NCBI GenBank assembly: GCA_965261595.1
Contig: CBDHDG010000006.1
Span: 1,672,799-1,736,798, forward strand
Source: a bacterium
GTDB lineage: Bacteria > UBA8248 > JACPRG01 > G963555815
Direction of reading: 5' to 3'
Length of the DNA: 64,000 nt
Shown: one piece after another, positions 58,801-64,000 of the stretch
How positions within the stretch are numbered: the stretch's first letter is position 1
Layout of the letters: each line of letters opens with the position of its first letter
Notes under the pieces: model-generated
What the model was told of the DNA's origin: nothing
What the model saw: the letters and a program-made list of their open reading frames with translations, nothing else
Database searches by the model: none
Translations under genes and position numbers: made by a program

Positions 58801-59341
58801 CCTGAAGCTCGACGTAGTAGCGGCCGGCGAAGCGCTCGGTGTACCAGCGGGCGGTCTGCTCCGCCCGGGCGGCGTCCTCGTTCAGGAGGCGCTGGGGGAC
58901 CTCGCCGTTGAGGCAGCCGGTGGTGGCGATGAGACCCTCGGCGTGCTCCTCCAGAAGGTCCCGGTCGATGCGGGGCTTGTAGTAGAAGCTCTCCAGGTGG
59001 CTTTTGGTGACCAGGGAGAGGAGGTTGCGGTAGCCCGTCTCGTTCTCGACGAGCAGGAGCAGGTGGTTCAGGCCGACGGCGCCGTCGGCGGCGGGGGGTG
59101 TGCGGTCGAACCGGCTTCCCTGGGCGATGTAGAGCTCGCAGCCGAGGATGGGCCGGATGCCGTTCGCCCGGGCCTTTTTGTAGAACTTGATGGCCCCGAA
59201 CAGGTTGCCGTGGTCGGTGACGGCCAGGGCGGAAAGCCCCTGGGCCTTGGTCTTGGCCATGAGGGCGTCCAGGCGGTTGGCCCCGTCCAGCAGGCTGTAC
59301 TGCGTGTGAAGGTGGAGGTGGGCGAAATCGGCGTGCTTCAA
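55868..59341 (-). CDS. dnaE: DNA polymerase III subunit alpha
   Basis: PHP domain (HLHLHTQYSLLDGA), polymerase core, OB fold. 1157 aa. Contains an unusual in-frame G18 tract (Gly6-7) at 56102-56119. Confidence 0.95.
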   Translation of the reverse strand: MKHADFAHLHLHTQYSLLDGANRLDALMAKTKAQGLSALAVTDHGNLFGAIKFYKKARANGIRPILGCELYIAQGSRFDRTPPAADGAVGLNHLLLLVENETGYRNLLSLVTKSHLESFYYKPRIDRDLLEEHAEGLIATTGCLNGEVPQRLLNEDAARAEQTARWYTERFAGRYYVELQDHGLAEQKKVLPGLVELAKKLDLPVIATNDCHYLEAGDAFAHEILLCIQTGKTINDPNRWRFQTDQLYVKSPQEMSAVFPEFPEALRNTLDVAERCNLEIEFGGSHLPQYEPSDGSSLDDFVARLARDGLARRLEAAGPAPGVSRAEYDERLEFELEMIRKMGFSGYFLIVWDFIDHARKKHIPVGPGRGSAAGSLVAYSTGITGLDPIRYRLLFERFLNPERISMPDIDIDFCMERRDEVIEYVNEKYSRENVAQIITFGSMMAKGVIRDVGRAMDMPYGEVDRIAKFVPGRLNISLDDALKEEPRLRELQENDPKVKSLIDTARTLEGLSRHASTHAAGIVIAPRPLMELVPLARGANGETVTQFDMTDVESLGLLKMDFLGLRTLTVIRKAEEMIRAGDGETEGAPEFDIERVPLDDAETFRIFGDGRTAGVFQCESRGMREVLRKMKPSTFEDIIAAVALYRPGPLGSGMVDDYIRRKQGKAPIQYELPALEEILKETYGIILYQEQVMQIAAALAGFSLGESDLLRRAMGKKKPEEMARQEENFLKGCGERGVPPDKAKRIFELMAHFAGYGFNKSHSAAYGLVAYWTAYLKAHRPRPFMAALLTCDMDNTDKVMKNIAECREMDIPVLPPDINESGKRFTVHPAGIRFGLAAVKNVGGGAVDEILRARGEEGPFVSLFSFCRRIDLRNVNRRVVESLIKCGAFDSTEGHRAQLLAVLDPALERAAQDQKDRITGQSQLFPGKAAGGADAAPPLPPAPEWDEKERLHQEKEALGFFITGHPLSRFRRELKLLTTVSTAGLGEGNGNQKVRMAGLVAGLKVQSTRRGDLMARFNLEDLEGFAEVLVFPDCYRDSASLLEGEEPILLAGTAEQGESSVTIKAEKITALSAGGGGGGGVLIRIPVAGKSRELVRARMIDLKEILEDHRGPFPLSLQFDFGRRRESRRFPEFRVDPSGEMLDRVEDLLGDRTVRLE

Positions 59342-59371
59342 CGAGGGGCGTCCTTCCGCGAAGGCGTTCGC

Positions 59372-59692
59372 TTACTCATGCTCGGCCGAGCGGATCCGGG
59401 CGTAGAGGCCGATGTCCCGGTATCCCGGAAAGCCCTCGGAGAGCCGCTCGAACTCCTCGGTGGAAATGGCCGTCCGGATGGATTCGGTCGATTCGAACAC
59501 GGCGATGTTGACCCACCGCTCCGGGTCGTCGAGGCGGCGGTACAGGTTTGTCCGGATGAACCCCTGCGCGCGGCGCATGTAATCGGTGAGCCGGTCCCAC
59601 TGCTCCAGGTACACCTCCGCCTCGACCTCGGGGACCGTGATGACGTTGATCATGAACACCGCGCTATCGCCCGCCCATAGGTACGCGTTCAT
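59372..59692 (-). CDS. antibiotic biosynthesis monooxygenase (ABM) domain protein
   Basis: 106-aa ferredoxin-like ABM fold pattern (FMINVITV...WVNIAVFES). Confidence 0.55.
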   Translation of the reverse strand: MNAYLWAGDSAVFMINVITVPEVEAEVYLEQWDRLTDYMRRAQGFIRTNLYRRLDDPERWVNIAVFESTESIRTAISTEEFERLSEGFPGYRDIGLYARIRSAEHE

Positions 59693-59759
59693 TTCCTTCC
59701 CCGTGCAGTGAATTTCCTCGGAACTGCTTCCCGGGCGCTTTCCCCCGTTTCCCTCCAGC

Positions 59760-61328
59760 TTACTCCCATTCTATCGTACCCGGCGGCTTCGAGGTGATGT
59801 CCAGGACGACGCGGTTGATCCCCCTCACCTCGTTGATGATCCGGTTCGAGACCCGGGCCAGCCACTCGGCGGGCAGGCGCATCCAGTCGGCGGTCATGCC
59901 GTCCAGGCTGGTGACGGCCCGGATGGCCACGGCGCTTTCGTACGTGCGGTCATCCCCCATCACGCCGACCGTCCGCACGGGCAGGAGGACGCAGAAGGTC
60001 TGCCAGGCCTCCTCGTACAAGCCCGCGCTTCTCACCTCTTCCAGGAGAACGGCGTCGGCCGCGCGCAGGACGGCCAGCTTCTCCCGGGTGATCTCCCCCG
60101 GGATTCGGATGGCCAGGCCCGGGCCGGGGAAGGGCTGGCGCGTCAGCACCTCGCGGGGAAGCCCGAGCTCGGCCCCGATCTCCCGGACCTCGTCCTTGAA
60201 GAGCTCGCGGAAGGGCTCGAGGAGCTTCAGGCCCATGTGTTCGGGCAGGCCGCCCACGTTGTGATGAGATTTAATGGTGGCTGAGGGGCCTCGGAAGGAA
60301 ACGCTCTCGATTACGTCGGGGTAGAGGGTCCCCTGGGAGAGATGGGTGACCGGCGTAGGGCAGGGCCCTCCTGCGCTTTCACGCTCGGCCTCCTCAGCCA
60401 CCATTTCGAAGACTTCAATGAAGACGCGGCCGATGACCTTCCGTTTCTTCTCGGGGTCGGTCACGCCGGCCAGCGCTTGAAGGAATCTTTCCGTCGAGTC
60501 CGAAAACTTGAGGCGGAACCCGAACTTTTCGCGGAACATGGCGAGGACGTTGCGGGCCTCGTCCGTTCGCAGAAGGCCGTTGTCCACAAAGACGCACGTG
60601 AGCCGGTCGCCGACGGCCCGGTGGATGAGCGCGGCGGCCACGGCGCTGTCCACGCCCCCCGAAAGCCCCAGGAGGACGCTCCCCCCTTCTCCGACCTCCT
60701 CTTGGATCCGGCGGATGGCCGTCTCGATGAAAGAGGACATCGTCCAGTCGGGCGCGCACCCGCAAATCTCGAACAGAAAGTTCCCGACGATGGTCTTGCC
60801 TTTGGGGGTGTGGACGACCTCGGGATGGAACTGGAGGCCGTACATCCGCTTCTCCCCGTTGCGGACGGCGGCGATGGGGGCGTTGGCCGTTTCGGCGATC
60901 ACCTCGAACCCCGGCGGAGGGGAGTCGAGCTTGTCCCCGTGGCTCATCCAGACCGGCGTGGGGCTCTCCAGGCCGCGGAACAGGTCGGCGCCGTTCACCA
61001 GGGTGAGCTCGGCCCCGCCGTACTCCCGCTTCGCCCCCGGGTGGACCTTTCCCCCCAGGTGGTGGGCCATGAACTGCAGGCCGTAGCAGATCCCCAGGAT
61101 GGGCACGTCCATCTCCAGGACGGCCGGGGGGCAGGGGGGGGCGTCGCTCTCGTACACGCTGAAGGGGCCGCCGCTGAGGATCAGTCCCTGCGGCTCGAAT
61201 TTTTCTATGTCCCCCAGGGCGGCCGTGCAGGGGAGGATCTCGCAGTAGACGCGGTGCTCCCTCACCCGCCGGGCGATGAGCTGGGTGTACTGCGAGCCGA
61301 AATCGAGGATGAGGACGCGGGAGGTCAT
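59760..61328 (-). CDS. guaA: GMP synthase (glutamine-hydrolyzing)
   Basis: GATase domain (ILGICYGLQ) plus ATP-pyrophosphatase SGGVDS P-loop. 522 aa. Confidence 0.95.
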   Translation of the reverse strand: MTSRVLILDFGSQYTQLIARRVREHRVYCEILPCTAALGDIEKFEPQGLILSGGPFSVYESDAPPCPPAVLEMDVPILGICYGLQFMAHHLGGKVHPGAKREYGGAELTLVNGADLFRGLESPTPVWMSHGDKLDSPPPGFEVIAETANAPIAAVRNGEKRMYGLQFHPEVVHTPKGKTIVGNFLFEICGCAPDWTMSSFIETAIRRIQEEVGEGGSVLLGLSGGVDSAVAAALIHRAVGDRLTCVFVDNGLLRTDEARNVLAMFREKFGFRLKFSDSTERFLQALAGVTDPEKKRKVIGRVFIEVFEMVAEEAERESAGGPCPTPVTHLSQGTLYPDVIESVSFRGPSATIKSHHNVGGLPEHMGLKLLEPFRELFKDEVREIGAELGLPREVLTRQPFPGPGLAIRIPGEITREKLAVLRAADAVLLEEVRSAGLYEEAWQTFCVLLPVRTVGVMGDDRTYESAVAIRAVTSLDGMTADWMRLPAEWLARVSNRIINEVRGINRVVLDITSKPPGTIEWE

Positions 61329-61918
61329 ACGGCCGTCCCTTCCTCATCCGTCCGGACCCGCTCCCACTCCCGGATGTGCCGGCCGAAGGGGAACTCATGG
61401 CCGTACATGTGGATGTTGAAGCCGAAGTAACCCGCCGCGATGACGCCGATGAGCGACCGGGAGAACACCGTCCCCGCCTCGGGAAAAATCAGCGGAGGCA
61501 GCCCCAACCCGACCAATCCCAGGGCGGTGTAAACGATGGCGTAGTTGTACCGGTAGATGCTCTTGCGGAACGGCTCGAACTTCCCCATCCGGGTGTGGTA
61601 GTGCAGGACGGGATAGTTCTTCTCGTGATAGACGACGATGTAGGCCGCGACCATGCAGGCGTACCGGCTGAACCGGAGCTGGCTCAGGCTGAACGTCCCG
61701 AGGATCACGAGGAGCAGGGTGGATTTGTATTCCCAGGGCAGGTTGGGGGCCCCCTGCACCAGGAAGCCCATGACCGCGCCGAACACCGTCAGGGCGAACG
61801 TCATCATCGTCACCCGCTGGCTGTTGAGGTGCGCGAAGGCCGACCGAAGCGACTTGTACTCCTCGACCTCCCGGTACTTGCGGAAGATTCGGTCGATGTC
61901 GACGCCGTCGAGGTTCAT
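61325..61918 (-). CDS. hypothetical membrane protein
   Basis: About 197 aa, 4 predicted TM. Stop overlaps the guaA start region. No recognisable family. Confidence 0.45.
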   Translation of the reverse strand: MNLDGVDIDRIFRKYREVEEYKSLRSAFAHLNSQRVTMMTFALTVFGAVMGFLVQGAPNLPWEYKSTLLLVILGTFSLSQLRFSRYACMVAAYIVVYHEKNYPVLHYHTRMGKFEPFRKSIYRYNYAIVYTALGLVGLGLPPLIFPEAGTVFSRSLIGVIAAGYFGFNIHMYGHEFPFGRHIREWERVRTDEEGTAV

Positions 61919-62121
61919 GGTTTCACCGCAGTTCCAATCGAACAAATGAGATCCCGAATGAGATTGGGGGAACAGGTCGATGAAGTTCCCGATAACCTTC
62001 GAGTCTCGGTTCGGGGCGGGTGCAGAGCCCCGCCCCTACAAGAAATTCTCCGCGAGAATCGAGAACATGTAGGGGCCGGGCTCCGTACCGGCCCGCCTGT
62101 TCTGTCATTGGATTCATCCCG

Positions 62122-62967
62122 CTACGCTCCCCCGCCCACTTCGTGATAGAGGCGTCCCACGCCCTCGTCGAAGAGGATCTCGTACCGCTCGTGGAACGCG
62201 TCCGGGACCGACTTCCACCGCCGGTCGTAGCGCACATCGGCCCGTGTCTCCGCCTCGGTCATCCCTTTCCCGACGCACCCGCGCACCCGGTCCATCAACT
62301 CGATGATGTCCGCCCGCAGGGGCGAAACGGCACCCTTGTCGCAAAGTTCTCCGTGGCCCGGAACGATGGCCGCCACGTCCATCCCTTCGATGAAGTCCAG
62401 GCACGCCAGCCAGTCCCGCCCGACGCCCGAGTGGAGCAGGGGCGGCCAGTCCACGACCACGTTGTCGCCAGGCAGGAGGACTCCGGCGTCGGGGACGTAT
62501 ACGAGGGTCTGGCCCCCGGTGTGGCCCGGCTTGTGGATGAGGCGGATCTCCCGGCCCCCCGGCCGCAGGGTCATCCCTTCGTCGTACGTTACGTCCTGGA
62601 GGGTGACCTCGTATCCCTCCAGGAGGGGCAGGCCCTCCTGGTCCATCTTCTCCATCAGGCCCCGCCAAAAATCGAGCGTTCCGACGCCCTCGGGGGTGTC
62701 CCGCCGGGTGAGGGCGTGGGAGACCTTGAGGGCGCCATGGAAGAACCAGTTGCCGCCGGCGTGGTCGCCGTGGTGCTCGGTGTTGATGAGGACCTTCACC
62801 TCCCCCCCCCCCCTCCCAGCGCCGACACCGCTTCCTTCCACGCCACCGCGTGGCTGGGGCACATGGGCGGGTCGATCAGGACCAGGCCGTCGTCCGTGAC
62901 GATGCAGCTGTTGTTGCAGCCCCGGTAGCCGGTTTCCGCCCAGACGCCGGGCGCGATTTCCTTCATC
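62122..62967 (-). pseudogene. MBL-fold metallo-hydrolase, frameshifted inside a homopolymer
   Basis: N-terminal part (MKEIAPGVW...) and C-terminal part (…LINTEHHGDHAGG…) are in different frames. The junction lies in the C13/G13 tract at 62806-62818. Confidence 0.55.
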
Positions 62968-63619
62968 GGGCGCGCTCCTGGAATGAGGGCGCGCCCCCCC
63001 CTCCGGCCGCCGAGAGGGCCTCGCGCAGCGCGTCGACGAAGGCCAGGCCCCGGCGGGTGAGGCGCCCCCCCGCCCACGTATCGACCGACAGGGGGGCGAC
63101 GAGCTGGGTGCGCAGCCCCCACGTGACCTCGATCTGAACGCCCGCGTCGCGCGGAAGGTTGACGACGTTTTTCCGGTGAAGGCCCATCAGCCTCGGTGCG
63201 AACCGGACGGGGACGCCCCGCCGGATGAGGGCGTCCATGACCATCTTCCGCAACGGCATGTTCCGGCCTCCCGGGAAGACCCAGGGCGGGGCGCCGTCGT
63301 GTCCGTGGATGGAGAGCGCGACGCGCGCGCGCCTCGCCAGGGCCACGCACCGCGCCTCGTCGAACCGATGGCTCGTCACGTGATGCAACCTCCCTTTTTT
63401 GGGGACCAGGGACCGGAAGGCATAGAAGCTAAACGCCTCGCCGGCCACGGCCCGGGCCAGGGCGTCCGTCCCCGGCTCGATGGCCCCGCCGTGCACGGCC
63501 AGGACGGCCACGGGGGAATCCCGCTCGATCGTCTCAATCTCATAATCCACACCTTCCCGCTCCCCTTCCAGGAGGGCCGTCATCGTCGGGTAGCTCCAGA
63601 TCGCTTCGTCCTCGCTCAT
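62963..63619 (-). CDS. poly-gamma-glutamate hydrolase family protein
   Basis: UPF0714/PghP-like pattern (VLAVHGG...LSIHGHDG). 218 aa. Confidence 0.5.
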   Translation of the reverse strand: MSEDEAIWSYPTMTALLEGEREGVDYEIETIERDSPVAVLAVHGGAIEPGTDALARAVAGEAFSFYAFRSLVPKKGRLHHVTSHRFDEARCVALARRARVALSIHGHDGAPPWVFPGGRNMPLRKMVMDALIRRGVPVRFAPRLMGLHRKNVVNLPRDAGVQIEVTWGLRTQLVAPLSVDTWAGGRLTRRGLAFVDALREALSAAGGGGAPSFQERAR

Positions 63620-63626
63620 GCGTCCG

Positions 63627-64000
63627 TCATTCCCGCCGGTAGTTGGGGGCCTCCTGCGTGACCTCGATGTCGTGGACGTGGCTCTCGCGCAGGCCCGCCG
63701 CCGTGATCCGGCAGAAGCGGGCGTTCTCCCGCAGCTCGGGCAGGGTCCGGCACCCGCAGTACCCCATTCCCGCGGCGACGCCCCCCGTGGGCTGGTGGAC
63801 GTTGTCGGCCATCGGCCCCCGGTAGGGGACCCGCCCCTCGACCCCTTCGGGGACGAGCCTGCCGCTCTCGGCCTCCGCGCCGCCCCCGTCCGATCCGTTG
63901 GCCGGGGCCGCCTGGCCGTAACGGTCGGCGCTCCCTTGGCTCATGGCCCCGAGGGACCCCATCCCCCGGTAGACCTTGTAGCTCCGTCCCTGGTAGAGGA
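63627..64000 (-). CDS. guaB: IMP dehydrogenase, C-terminal part (gene continues beyond window end)
   Basis: C-terminal IMPDH sequence ([15 protein letters not shown]..., MGYCGCRTL...). N-terminus lies outside the window. Confidence 0.8.
   Translation of the reverse strand, partial: LYQGRSYKVYRGMGSLGAMSQGSADRYGQAAPANGSDGGGAEAESGRLVPEGVEGRVPYRGPMADNVHQPTGGVAAGMGYCGCRTLPELRENARFCRITAAGLRESHVHDIEVTQEAPNYRRE

Noticed and set aside
56015-59680. 1221-aa ORF on the + strand antisense to dnaE, and similar long ORFs (1090-2397 +, 827-1978 -, 33651-35693 +, 36187-37794 +, 42335-43684 +, 43961-45241 +, 21223-22041 +)
   Set aside because: Arg/Gly/Pro-rich low-complexity translations lying antisense to well-supported genes. 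They are typical stop-codon-poor artefacts of 65-70% GC DNA.

Overview
This is a high-GC (about 65-70% by eye, not computed) bacterial chromosomal window. It holds about 50 supportable genes and no rRNA or tRNA. Housekeeping genes include folK, a deoxynucleoside kinase, panC, uvrA, recG, rpmB, relA/spoT, tatA, dnaE, guaA and partial guaB. Accessory content, in order along the window: (1) a tightly coupled TPR-TPR-ExbB-ExbD-TonB operon on the + strand, preceded by repeated ATTCCCGCG/CGCGGGAAT palindromes. (2) A 1815-bp low-GC IS1595-family element with perfect 22-bp terminal inverted repeats and an 8-bp target-site duplication (AAGGCAAT). It carries a transposase, a 38%-GC passenger membrane ORF and a small divergent ORF, and sits just upstream of a disrupted polytopic membrane-protein gene. 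(3) An orphan xanthine-dehydrogenase-family molybdopterin subunit with no FAD or Fe-S partner genes. (4) A heme-motif (CxxCH) sensor domain plus six near-identical tandem PAS domains plus a hybrid histidine kinase of about 1680 aa, interrupted by a single in-frame TAA, followed by cheB with no other chemotaxis genes. (5) A CRISPR-like array of 5 GC-only repeat units with 32-bp unique spacers, an AT-rich leader-like region and no cas genes in the window. (6) A catabolic island on the minus strand: an SDR, tandem amidohydrolase paralogs (one frameshifted, with a 178-bp gene-conversion tract), RidA, a polar amino-acid ABC transporter and a pentein-fold enzyme. Four genes carry frameshifts and one carries a nonsense codon. 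Very long G/C homopolymers are present, including an in-frame G18 inside dnaE. These may be assembly artefacts or real contingency tracts or pseudogenes, and the sequence alone cannot decide. The CRISPR-like array and the heme-PAS kinase/CheB pair are the most interesting candidates for undescribed biology.
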